Source: a virus (taxonomy: Duplodnaviria > Caudoviricetes). From it: DNA of 62,915 bases. The notes under the pieces are model-generated. The model was given only the letters and a program-made list of their open reading frames with translations, did no database searches and was not told the DNA's origin. The DNA lies in IMG/VR virus record IMGVR_UViG_3300002920_000013, positions 1-62,915 of that record; one strand, written 5' to 3'. The position numbers were made by a program, and so were the translations under genes. Within the stretch, counting starts at the first letter, position 1; each line of letters starts with the position of its first letter. Shown piece after piece: positions 1-8,952 of the stretch.

Positions 1-299
1 ATTCATTACGCATAAATAATTCTACTTGGATTTTAAAAAATTGTATTATTCATAACCCTTATGTATTAAATTTAGGATTTTTTAATTGCTCTGGAACTTG
101 CAATCTTTACCTTATAGATTGCAAATACGAAGTACCTGCAAGTTCTCCTTATGCAATATCAAATGATTATACAGGAGAATTACAACTTATCAATTGCCAA
201 TTGCCTACTGCTATTACAGACGGCAAAATTCCTACTGTATCAAACAATGTATTTACAGGAACATTACCAAACCTTAATGATGTATTAGATAATATATGA
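1..299 (+). CDS. 3' end of a hypothetical protein, truncated by the window start
   Basis: Frame 3 is open from position 3 (SLRINNSTWILKNCII...LNDVLDNI) to TGA at 297-299. Not in the ORF track. Confidence 0.6.
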   Translation, partial: SLRINNSTWILKNCIIHNPYVLNLGFFNCSGTCNLYLIDCKYEVPASSPYAISNDYTGELQLINCQLPTAITDGKIPTVSNNVFTGTLPNLNDVLDNI

Positions 300-337
300 T
301 AAAAATAAAAAATATAAATAAAATAAAATTTTAGATA

Positions 338-823
338 ATGTTAAAATATAATCAATGGCGAAAACTTTATGAGGAAGATGCAATGGACCAAGTGAATTCT
401 ATATTAGGAGGTGTTGGTGGTGATGATGCAGGCGCAGGCGGTGCTGGTGGTGGCGGTGAAGGAGGTGAAAAAAAAGATAAAAAAGAAGACCCAATAGAAA
501 AAATAAAAAAGGAACAGAAAAAGAAAGAGGAAAAAGAGGAGGAAAAACGTGAAGAATTTGTAGATGATAAAAAGGAAAAAATTTTTTCTATAATAGATAA
601 AAAATTAAAAGATTTAAAAGATGATGAAGAATTTAAGGAAATTATAGAAATTTTAAAAGATGGATTTGAAAAAGATGATAGCACATATTTTAGGGTTGCA
701 GTACAAAAAATACAAAGGTTTCAAATGAAAATGAATAGGAAACCCGATATAATTTCTAATTTAGCAAAAATAATTGATATATTAAATAAAGTAGACACAA
801 CTAATAAAAATGCAGAAGTTTAA
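338..823 (+). CDS. Hypothetical protein with Gly-rich linker and charged coiled coil; possible internal head protein
   Basis: N-terminus MLKYNQWRKLYEE, then GGVGGDDAGAGGAGGGGEGGE and a K/E-rich helix. TATAAATA upstream at 313-320. Confidence 0.6.
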   Translation: MLKYNQWRKLYEEDAMDQVNSILGGVGGDDAGAGGAGGGGEGGEKKDKKEDPIEKIKKEQKKKEEKEEEKREEFVDDKKEKIFSIIDKKLKDLKDDEEFKEIIEILKDGFEKDDSTYFRVAVQKIQRFQMKMNRKPDIISNLAKIIDILNKVDTTNKNAEV

Positions 824-844
824 ATACAAAATAAATTTTATTAA

Positions 845-1627
845 ATGAAATTTAAACAATATTTAGAATTGTGTGATAGAAATGAAAAATTATTAAAAAT
901 TTTAGAAAATAATATAAATGAATGGAGCAAAAATGATCCCATTCCTGAAGTTTCAAGGTCTAAAAATGGCGTATATTTAACAATGATTGGTCCTCCCGCA
1001 GCTGGGAAATCAACATTTATAAATAAATATGTTTCAGTTGTTAATTCTTGGAAAGTAATAGACCCTGATGAAATAAATTATATTTTATCAAGCAATAGAG
1101 CTGAGGACCGTGAATATGGGAAATGGAATAGTTCAAGTTCACGAATTTATTCTAAATATATCAAAAATATATTTAATAATGAAACAAAGCCAAATGTAAT
1201 TTTTGATAACACAGGAAATAATTTTGAAAGGAATATGGAATTTATAAATTATGCAAAAGCAATGGGATATACTACCGTGATGATATGTGTATTAAATACT
1301 ACAAATAAAATTTTACAAAACAATATAAAAAGGGCTGGTTCATATATTAAAAAAGATATTACAGGACAACTAAGGAAATCAAGAACCCTTATCCCAAATG
1401 ATTATCTGGAATCCATTCTTTCTAAAATAACAAATCTTATAAGTGAATATAAAAATCTTAAAAATCTTGATAAATTTTATATTGTTTTAAATACTGAAGC
1501 AGGATATAAATTTTTAAGATTTGATGAAGATAATAAACTGGAAATAAATGATAAAGGAATATGGATAAAAAATGAATCTTTAGATGATTTAGAGGAATTA
1601 AATAACTGGATTATGGGAACAAACTAA
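845..1627 (+). CDS. P-loop kinase, zeta-toxin/AAA_33-like
   Basis: Walker A GPPAAGKST, then IDPDEI, VIFDNTG and a lid arginine (NIKRA), the usual zeta-toxin-like order. Confidence 0.75.
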   Translation: MKFKQYLELCDRNEKLLKILENNINEWSKNDPIPEVSRSKNGVYLTMIGPPAAGKSTFINKYVSVVNSWKVIDPDEINYILSSNRAEDREYGKWNSSSSRIYSKYIKNIFNNETKPNVIFDNTGNNFERNMEFINYAKAMGYTTVMICVLNTTNKILQNNIKRAGSYIKKDITGQLRKSRTLIPNDYLESILSKITNLISEYKNLKNLDKFYIVLNTEAGYKFLRFDEDNKLEINDKGIWIKNESLDDLEELNNWIMGTN

Positions 1628-1628
1628 A

Positions 1629-2159
1629 CTAATTTTTTAATTTAATCGTTTTGTAAATCCTTTTAAAAGGATTGTCTAAATTAAGATATTCACAGGTCAT
1701 ATACATTTCAAAAAAATCCGTCCATATTTCATTATCAGGAATATTATGTTGTTTAGTTTTTGTTAAATAATGCCCAATCTCGTGAAATGCAATGCTTACA
1801 AATCTTTTTCTAATATCTGTTTCCCATTCATATGATATAGAATAATATTCACCCCACCTGTCCTTTTTCCTTTTTTTAACAAATCCTGTTGGCAAATCAA
1901 TATTTTTTCTTAAAATGGGTAATTTGTTTATTCTTTTTGTAGTAATTTCTTGTGCAAAATAATTTAATTTTATACAATAGGAACCCTCAGAATAAAACCA
2001 ATCAGGTGTATGACAAATACCCCAATAATTCATATCTAAATCATCTTTGTCAAGACTTGCTTTTATGTAAAATTTTAATGGAAATTTAAAATTATATCCC
2101 TTTCCTTTAAGGAAAAGAATGATTTGCCATAATTCATTCCAATGATTGTAATTTTGCAT
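1629..2159 (-). CDS. HEXXH zinc metallopeptidase-like protein
   Basis: AFHEIGHY followed by NEIWTD, an ImmA/IrrE-like spacing. Confidence 0.55.
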   Translation of the reverse strand: MQNYNHWNELWQIILFLKGKGYNFKFPLKFYIKASLDKDDLDMNYWGICHTPDWFYSEGSYCIKLNYFAQEITTKRINKLPILRKNIDLPTGFVKKRKKDRWGEYYSISYEWETDIRKRFVSIAFHEIGHYLTKTKQHNIPDNEIWTDFFEMYMTCEYLNLDNPFKRIYKTIKLKN

Positions 2160-2205
2160 AATAATAAAAATTTAATCTAAATATTTTTTTTATCCTAATC
2201 TGTTT

Positions 2206-2235
2206 AAAAAAAGAGACTTAAATTTTTAAGTCTCT
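2206..2235 (-). terminator. Intrinsic terminator
   Basis: AGAGACTTAAA/TTTAAGTCTCT inverted repeat at 2212-2235. The A-run at 2206-2212 gives a U-tract on the minus strand. Confidence 0.6.
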
Positions 2236-2363
2236 AAAATATTTAAAATTATAAAATATATTATAATATATTATAATCTAAAATATATTCTACCTCCAGG
2301 CAACCCCTGAGTATAAATATCAAATTTTTTTAAAAATGTTTATTTTTTACAAAAAAATTTTTT

Positions 2364-3317
2364 CTAAATTTTATCAATTTTTTTAACCTCTAAATCTTCT
2401 CTCATTTTACAGCTCTCCTCTATATCCCTTTTAACAATATCTTTTAATTTTGTATAACTAAATATGTCAAGGTCTTTACCATAAAAATCCCTAAATATTT
2501 CAATATAGACAGAGGCAAAAACAGAAAACAATAATCCCGGTTCACTATTCATTTCTATAATATATGATTCGCCTCCCTTTGTGTCCACCATATCTATTGC
2601 AAAAAAATCAAGGTCATTATGAAAATTTGAATAATATTCAACTATTTTTGAATGTTTAGGATTTATAGTGTGTTCATAATCCATTTCATAAAAGTTATGA
2701 TAGTGTAAAACATATTTAAAATTTATTTCCTCATTTTTACCCTTCTTTTCTATATTTTTTGTTTTTTCGTCCAAAGGTACCCTTTTAGAAATTGATAGAA
2801 TTTTTCCTCTCCAAATATAATACCTCCATTCATTTTCTATTTCTAATTTTTTTGAAAAAACGTCCCAATTATTTTTGTTTTGTGTTTCTTCCCATTCTTT
2901 TCTATTTTTTATTATTTTAATTCCCATACCGCTTCTTCCCTTTGCAGGTTTGCAAACTACTGGAAAAAAAGGATTTTTTTCAAAATCATTTATACTTGTA
3001 TATGTTTTAGGAATAAATGGTGAATTTTTATGATAATTGTGCCAAACCTTTTTAGATGAAACCCTATCTTTTGCATTTAATTTATTGTAAATTTGTTTTT
3101 CAGGTTCATAAAATTTATCTGAATGTTTTAAAAATGTAATTTTACTATAAATTAGTGTTGGAAGATATATTTTATTAGTAGGAATAGGTGTGTCTCTATA
3201 AACAGAAACCCAATATTGTGGTTCATCTAAAAAATGCCCATAAGGATAATTTTCTGGTGCATTGCCAAACATAACTTGAACCCTTTTAAAAGATTCATAA
3301 AATTTTATGTATGCCAT
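2364..3317 (-). CDS. ATP-grasp ligase, RimK-like
   Basis: FPVVCKPAKGRSGMGI, EWRYYI, FFAIDMV and YIIEMNSEPG are the typical ATP-grasp motifs. Confidence 0.85.
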   Translation of the reverse strand: MAYIKFYESFKRVQVMFGNAPENYPYGHFLDEPQYWVSVYRDTPIPTNKIYLPTLIYSKITFLKHSDKFYEPEKQIYNKLNAKDRVSSKKVWHNYHKNSPFIPKTYTSINDFEKNPFFPVVCKPAKGRSGMGIKIIKNRKEWEETQNKNNWDVFSKKLEIENEWRYYIWRGKILSISKRVPLDEKTKNIEKKGKNEEINFKYVLHYHNFYEMDYEHTINPKHSKIVEYYSNFHNDLDFFAIDMVDTKGGESYIIEMNSEPGLLFSVFASVYIEIFRDFYGKDLDIFSYTKLKDIVKRDIEESCKMREDLEVKKIDKI

Positions 3318-3335
3318 AAATTAAAAATTTTTAAA

Positions 3336-3358
3336 TATTTATCAAAAATTGATAAATA
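3336..3358. promoter_or_regulatory. Back-to-back putative late promoters (GATAAATA on both strands)
   Basis: TATTTATCAA-aaa-TTGATAAATA inverted repeat between the divergent genes starting at 3317(-) and 3385(+). Confidence 0.6.
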
Positions 3359-3384
3359 ATAAAATAGAATAAAAATATAGAAAA

Positions 3385-4227
3385 ATGTTTTTAAAATTTA
3401 AAGATTTTTTATTACTTGAAAATTCCGGGTCTTCCAGGTCAGTTCCTATAAATTCTTTAAAGGCAAAGGAATGGGTATTAAAAAATTCTAAGGAATGGTT
3501 ATCAATTTCAACACCTGAAAAATATCCAAGAATATTTAGAGGAATAGATAATGAAATGAAAAGGGTTGAATACTTATTCATAGACCCTAAAAAATCACAA
3601 AGATTAAACGAAGGAACAGATAGAATATATTTAGTTATTATGTCAGGTTCACCTAAATGGAAAAATTATGATCCTAGAGATAGGTCTTTAATATGTGCTA
3701 CCAGTACCTGGAATGCATCAAACTATGGGAGTATTTATGTAGTTATTCCAAGTGATGGCAAAAAACTATGTTATGCTTCTGAACCTGATATTTTTTATGC
3801 ATTTAAAGATTATTCAGAGGATATATCATTTTCTATAAATAGATTTATTGTATCATTATTTGAAATATTAGGAATTGATGAAAATGCAGAAGATTATTGT
3901 AATGATAAAATTAAAAATTATGAGGATATAAAAAATCTTAATCAATATTTACTACAAAATGGGTATAAGGAAAAATTTGTTCAAATAGAAAAAGTGATAT
4001 ATGAAAAATTTGATATAATTTCATCTGAAAAAAATAGAGTAATTTCTAATTTTAGAATTAGTTTTTTAGATGGATTAGAATATATTTTAAATCCAAAATA
4101 TTTTGGAAGAATAGAATTAAATGAACTTTTAGACGAATCCATAGATTATGAATTATGGACGGATAAAGAATGTTTAATGGTGAAATTTTACGAAATAGAA
4201 AATTTCATATCTTATTGCAAATCTTAA
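3385..4227 (+). CDS. Putative head-packaged protein with ADP-ribosyltransferase-like fold (paralogue 1)
   Basis: IFRG...ICATSTWNASNYGSIYVVIP...YELWTDKECL motifs are shared with 8087 and 8953. N-terminus MFLKFKDFLLLE. Confidence 0.5.
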   Translation: MFLKFKDFLLLENSGSSRSVPINSLKAKEWVLKNSKEWLSISTPEKYPRIFRGIDNEMKRVEYLFIDPKKSQRLNEGTDRIYLVIMSGSPKWKNYDPRDRSLICATSTWNASNYGSIYVVIPSDGKKLCYASEPDIFYAFKDYSEDISFSINRFIVSLFEILGIDENAEDYCNDKIKNYEDIKNLNQYLLQNGYKEKFVQIEKVIYEKFDIISSEKNRVISNFRISFLDGLEYILNPKYFGRIELNELLDESIDYELWTDKECLMVKFYEIENFISYCKS

Positions 4228-4246
4228 TTTTTTTAAAAAGAAAAAA

Positions 4247-4254
4247 GATAAATA
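4247..4254 (+). promoter_or_regulatory. Putative late promoter of the protease/capsid operon
   Basis: GATAAATA about 30 nt upstream of the 4286 start; the motif recurs before other structural operons. Confidence 0.6.
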
Positions 4255-4285
4255 AAATAAAATTAAAAAAATAAAATATTGATAA

Positions 4286-6103
4286 ATGAATAATGGTAAA
4301 GAATTATTGATTTTAGAAAAATCTTCGGTTTCTCTAAATGTTAATAAAAAAGGTTCAGATGAATATATTTTAGAAGGAATTTTTGCTGAATTTGGTGTTG
4401 AAAATAATAATAATAGAATATACGAAGAATCTGAATATTTGCCTCATTTTTCCTATCTGAAAAAGAAAGTTGAGTCCAAAAAATTGCTTGGTGAATTAGA
4501 CCACCCTGAACAATTTGATGTTTCACTCTCAAAAGTATCACACGTTGTTGAAGAATTAGAATATGATAAAAAAACAAGAACGGTACGAGGAAAAATTAGA
4601 TTGTTAGATACGCCAAGCGGAAAAATTGCAAAAACTCTTGTTGATAGTGGAATTCCTATTCATATTTCTTCAAGGGCAGCAGGAGAGGTTAAGGAAAACA
4701 AAAAAGTTGTAATAAAAAGGATATTCACTTATGATATAGTTGCAGAACCTGGTTTTGAAAGTGCAACACTTAAAAAAGTGAATGAATCCTATGGGTTTTC
4801 AAATAATGATGAATATATTTCTATTTATGAAATTGGTGATAAAAACAAACAAGAAGAAATAGAATATAAAAATAAAAAAAATATAATGGAAAAATACGTT
4901 TCTAATGAAAATTTGCAAAAATATAGCGAACACATTAAGAGAGAATTTGACTCTCTTAAAAGGTCGGTAGAAAAATCTTTGTCAAATTCATCTAATAATG
5001 ATAGAATTTTAAGAAAGATTGAAAAATTAGAAGAACGTTTAAATAGTTCTCTTAGATATTCTGATTATCTTGCAGAAAAATTATCAAAATCTATACAATA
5101 TTCTGAATATATTGCAGAAAATACAAATTCACCTAATATTGATTTGAATAAAAAAATAGAAAGACTTATTAAGTATTGCAATTACCTATCTGAAAAATTA
5201 GATAAATCTATTCTTTATAGTGAACATCTTGATGAACACAATTCTAAAAAAGTCAATAGAATTTCTAATGAAATAGATAAACTTATTAAATATGCTGAAT
5301 ATATTGCTGAAAATGCAAGTGAAAAGAAAGATGTTCAAAATTTAATAAAATATGCAGAATATATTGCTGAAAATGCAAGTGAAAAGAAAGATTTAGAAAA
5401 TTTAATTGAATATGCAGAATATATTGCTGAAAATGCAAGTGAAAAGAAAGATTTTAACAAATTAGTAGAATATACAGAAATGATGATGGAAAAATTACAA
5501 CCTGAATCATTTGTAAGTTTGAATAGTATTGTTGATAAATCTTTATATGAACAAGAAAAATATTATGAAAACCTGTCAGGAAAAATAGACAGGATATTAG
5601 AAAACGCAAATAAAGAAGGCGAAAAACAAATGGAAAATAAATATCCATTCCTAAGATTCTTAAGTGAATCAAAAATAAAAGAATTTAATTCTTTATCTGA
5701 AACTGAAAAAGAAAGAGTTTCAAAGGCTTTAACAAAAAATCCAAGATATAATGAACAAGATATCTTAAAAATTTGGGAAAGAGCCCTTAAGGAAGTTGAA
5801 ATAAATGAAAAATGGTTTGTAGAAATGCCAAAAGAATATGTAGAAATTTGGGAAAGTTTAGACCCGGCAAAGAAAGAACTTATTATAAAACAATCAAAAC
5901 TTTATAGTTTAGACACTCCATATAAAATTAAAAATTTCTGGGATACAAGAAATTTGATAAAAACATCAAAACTTAATGAAAATATGCAATCTGAAATTTC
6001 TAAAAATATGGAGAAACCTATTGATAACACAGTTTTTTCTTTGGGTTATTCTCAAGACTACATAAAAAATATACAAAACAAACTTAAAACATTTAAAAAA
6101 TAA
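4286..6103 (+). CDS. gp21: Prohead maturation protease (T4 gp21-like) fused to a scaffold/core domain
   Basis: LEGIFAE, NNNNRIY, LGELDHP, VSH, LDTPSGK, ISSRAAG and TYDIVAEPGF, followed by a long helical repeat region. Lies directly upstream of the capsid gene. Confidence 0.9.
   Translation: MNNGKELLILEKSSVSLNVNKKGSDEYILEGIFAEFGVENNNNRIYEESEYLPHFSYLKKKVESKKLLGELDHPEQFDVSLSKVSHVVEELEYDKKTRTVRGKIRLLDTPSGKIAKTLVDSGIPIHISSRAAGEVKENKKVVIKRIFTYDIVAEPGFESATLKKVNESYGFSNNDEYISIYEIGDKNKQEEIEYKNKKNIMEKYVSNENLQKYSEHIKREFDSLKRSVEKSLSNSSNNDRILRKIEKLEERLNSSLRYSDYLAEKLSKSIQYSEYIAENTNSPNIDLNKKIERLIKYCNYLSEKLDKSILYSEHLDEHNSKKVNRISNEIDKLIKYAEYIAENASEKKDVQNLIKYAEYIAENASEKKDLENLIEYAEYIAENASEKKDFNKLVEYTEMMMEKLQPESFVSLNSIVDKSLYEQEKYYENLSGKIDRILENANKEGEKQMENKYPFLRFLSESKIKEFNSLSETEKERVSKALTKNPRYNEQDILKIWERALKEVEINEKWFVEMPKEYVEIWESLDPAKKELIIKQSKLYSLDTPYKIKNFWDTRNLIKTSKLNENMQSEISKNMEKPIDNTVFSLGYSQDYIKNIQNKLKTFKK
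5281..5460 (+). repeat. Three 60-bp (20-aa) tandem coding repeats in the scaffold region
   Basis: GAATATATTGCTGAAAATGCAAGTGAAAAGAAAGAT recurs with an exact 60-nt period, encoding LI(K/E)YAEYIAENASEKKD. Confidence 0.95.
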
Positions 6104-6131
6104 ATTCCTTAATTAAAAAAAAATATAAAAA

Positions 6132-8009
6132 ATGCAACTATTAAATGAAGCTGAAATTTTAAATACGTGGTCACCTATTATAGAACAACAAGGAGTTACA
6201 GAACCTTCAAAAATTTCTTGGATGAGCAAATATTGTCATTATCATAGTTTAAATGAAAATTTTTCTTATCCAGCAGCATCATTACTTAATACCCCAGGTA
6301 TGGGTAATGTTCAACCTCCTTCATTGGTATCAGGTGGTTCACCAAATTTTTATGCTCCTGGTTCTAAAGGTTCTGGTGATAAATTCCCAAGCTTATTGCC
6401 TCTTGCAATTCAAGTAGCCGCAAGAACTGTGGGATTTGATATAGTACCTGTAATTCCTATGCAAGGTCCTTCTGGTGTCCTTACATATCTTGATTATGCT
6501 TATACAGGTGGTCGTGATGCTCAAGCACCTGGTATTCCTAATCAAGATGGTTCTCTATTTAAAGATAAAGCACTAATCTTTAAATTGAATACAAAAGGTT
6601 TTTCACCAGATGCTCTTAATGAATGGAAACAAGAAAATGTTGGAAAAGTATATGCTTTTTCAAAAGATAATGCTTTCACTGGAACTTTACCTGCTCTTAT
6701 TGTAGCTTATATAGGAAGGTCAAGAATTGATGGATTCCCAATTTTCAGAACTCTTGCTGAAGATAATAATTTAAGTTCAGGTGCAGGTTCTGCAAACGTT
6801 AATGTGGCAATGAATCAAACACAAGCAATAAGTTTCTCAACTATTTTTGATGGTAATGGTACTCCTACAAATCCTATTTATATTTTTTCTGTTTCTGGAT
6901 ATAATAAATTAAATGCTACTTATTCTGGTTCTTCAGTAATATCTAATGCAACATTTACAGGACAATATTATGTTGAACTTGTTAAAGCAATTGAAGACCA
7001 TATTTTTGGTTATGATGGTAGCGGACCTGAAGATAATAGTCCTTTTTCAGGAGATGCTGTTGATGGACGTGTTCTATATGAACCTATGAGAAGAGGAGTT
7101 GGTGAAACAACTTATTACAGAAATATGGGTTTAACTGCCTTTACAAAATTTGTTGAAGTTGAAACATTCCAAGCCTCAATCACAATAACAACTGAACAAA
7201 TGCAAGACCTTAACAGGCAATATGGTATAGATGTTGTAGGATTGGTTGAAACACAATTAGTAAATCAAATTTCTTTTGACATTAACAAACATATTCTTTC
7301 AAAAGCATTTGCTCTTGGTTGGCAAAATCACTATAATTTCTTCCAAGTTGAAGGAGTTAATCTGAATCTTACTCTTAATGTTAATATGGCTTCTCCTTCA
7401 ACAACAGGTGGTGCTGAATTTGTAGGTGCTGATGGTTCTTTGCTAACAATACCTTTGCCTGCATACCAACAATATGGTGTTGGCGGTGCAACATTTGAAA
7501 ATCAAGGTACATTCCAACGTAGAATTCAATCCAAAGTTTTAGCCGCTGGAAACGTAATTACACAAAGAGGTAGAAGAGGTCCTGCAAACTTTGTAGTAAC
7601 AAATTTACAAATTGCAACTGCTTTGCAAGATTCAGCTCAATTTACAATGTATCCTTTGGCAAACACTGTGAATCAAACAAATGGTTCTCTATATCCTCTT
7701 GGAACACTTGCTGGAATGACAATTTATGTAGACCCTAATATGGCTTATCACGATACAAGAATTCTTGTTGGAAGAAAAGGTGCTGATGAAGAACCTGGAT
7801 TGAAATTTATGCCATACCTAATGGCGGAAACAATTCAAACAATCGCTGAAGGTACAATGTCACCTAAAATTGCAGTTAAAACAAGATATAAACTTGTTGA
7901 AGCAGGACATCACCCTGAAACACAATATTTTACACTATTGGTAAATCTTAAACAACTTACTCCTACTCAAATGTGGCATACAGTTCCTTCAACATTTACC
8001 GTGGCATAA
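6132..8009 (+). CDS. gp23: Major capsid protein (T4 gp23-like, HK97 fold)
   Basis: VPVIPMQGPSG, TTEQMQDL...GID, INKHIL, RGRRGPANFVV, GTLAGMTIYVDP, FMPY and PKIAVKTRY. Follows the protease and ends at a strong terminator. Confidence 0.93.
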   Translation: MQLLNEAEILNTWSPIIEQQGVTEPSKISWMSKYCHYHSLNENFSYPAASLLNTPGMGNVQPPSLVSGGSPNFYAPGSKGSGDKFPSLLPLAIQVAARTVGFDIVPVIPMQGPSGVLTYLDYAYTGGRDAQAPGIPNQDGSLFKDKALIFKLNTKGFSPDALNEWKQENVGKVYAFSKDNAFTGTLPALIVAYIGRSRIDGFPIFRTLAEDNNLSSGAGSANVNVAMNQTQAISFSTIFDGNGTPTNPIYIFSVSGYNKLNATYSGSSVISNATFTGQYYVELVKAIEDHIFGYDGSGPEDNSPFSGDAVDGRVLYEPMRRGVGETTYYRNMGLTAFTKFVEVETFQASITITTEQMQDLNRQYGIDVVGLVETQLVNQISFDINKHILSKAFALGWQNHYNFFQVEGVNLNLTLNVNMASPSTTGGAEFVGADGSLLTIPLPAYQQYGVGGATFENQGTFQRRIQSKVLAAGNVITQRGRRGPANFVVTNLQIATALQDSAQFTMYPLANTVNQTNGSLYPLGTLAGMTIYVDPNMAYHDTRILVGRKGADEEPGLKFMPYLMAETIQTIAEGTMSPKIAVKTRYKLVEAGHHPETQYFTLLVNLKQLTPTQMWHTVPSTFTVA

Positions 8010-8024
8010 TTTTATACTGAATTG

Positions 8025-8057
8025 AAAAAAGCAGGAAATAAGATTCCTGCTTTTTTT
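8025..8057 (+). terminator. Intrinsic terminator after the capsid gene
   Basis: AAAAAAGCAGGAA-ataaga-TTCCTGCTTTTTTT. Confidence 0.9.
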
Positions 8058-8064
8058 ATTTTTT

Positions 8065-8072
8065 GATAAATA
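8065..8072 (+). promoter_or_regulatory. Putative late promoter
   Basis: GATAAATA just after the terminator and 14 nt before the ATG at 8087. Confidence 0.6.
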
Positions 8073-8086
8073 AAAAAACAATCAAA

Positions 8087-8944
8087 ATGAAATTCCTACA
8101 ATTTCTTAGATTGCAAGAATCACTTTTGTTAGAAGATTCACGAATACAAAATTTAAATATTAAAGATTTTAAAGTTTTTGCAGAATTTTGCAAAAAAAAT
8201 GATTTTAATGATTCACTAAAAAAAATGATTGAAAACGAAGTATTTTTTTTCAGAGGGCAAAATAGAACAAATAAAGATATTAAATTTTTTTTAATGGACC
8301 CATCAGGAATTGAAAGGAATTCATTAACTAAATTGCCATTTACTTATCTCTATAATTCAATGATAAACACAAAAAGTGATTGGAAAGATTATCCTAATAG
8401 GAATAAATCTGTTATATTTACAAATAATTTAGAATATGCAGAAACTTATGGTGAACCTTTTATAGTTGTGCCACAAAGGGGTAGAATAGGAATATGTCCA
8501 ACAGAAGATATGTTCACTTCTTTTAAAAATATAAAAATAGATGATATTTCAGACACAGCATATTATATTATGCCTAAAAATGAATTAGATAATAAATTAA
8601 ATAATAAAACAGATTGGGAAAGTTTAAAAAAAATATTGTTTGATATTTTTTTAGAAAAATTAAAATCAATATATGATAAAATGGCAAATAATTTATTTGT
8701 AAAAAATTTTTTGATTGAATTAGAAAATAGAGATTATGAAGGATTTTCAAAAGTTTTAGATAATTTATTCACACCAAGAAATTTAGGTTTTAATGTTATA
8801 AAATTCCCAGATGAAATAAATAAATTAAAATATAATTTTAATAATGAATTATGGACTGATGCTAAATGTTTGTTAATTGCTGTTGAAAAAGGCGAGGATT
8901 ATTTAGATTTTTTAAAAAATGAAATATACCCTATTTTAAAATAA
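8087..8944 (+). CDS. Putative head-packaged ART-like protein (paralogue 2)
   Basis: Start moved to ATG 8087 to match its tandem copy (MKFLQFLRLQESLLLE). Motifs FFRG, SVIFTN, YG and ELWTDAKCL. Confidence 0.55.
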   Translation: MKFLQFLRLQESLLLEDSRIQNLNIKDFKVFAEFCKKNDFNDSLKKMIENEVFFFRGQNRTNKDIKFFLMDPSGIERNSLTKLPFTYLYNSMINTKSDWKDYPNRNKSVIFTNNLEYAETYGEPFIVVPQRGRIGICPTEDMFTSFKNIKIDDISDTAYYIMPKNELDNKLNNKTDWESLKKILFDIFLEKLKSIYDKMANNLFVKNFLIELENRDYEGFSKVLDNLFTPRNLGFNVIKFPDEINKLKYNFNNELWTDAKCLLIAVEKGEDYLDFLKNEIYPILK

Positions 8945-8952
8945 TTAAAAAA

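Noticed and set aside
5281-5460. Possible CRISPR array (regular 60-bp period)
   Set aside because: The repeats are in-frame coding units, the intervening parts are similar to each other rather than unique spacers, and no cas genes are present.
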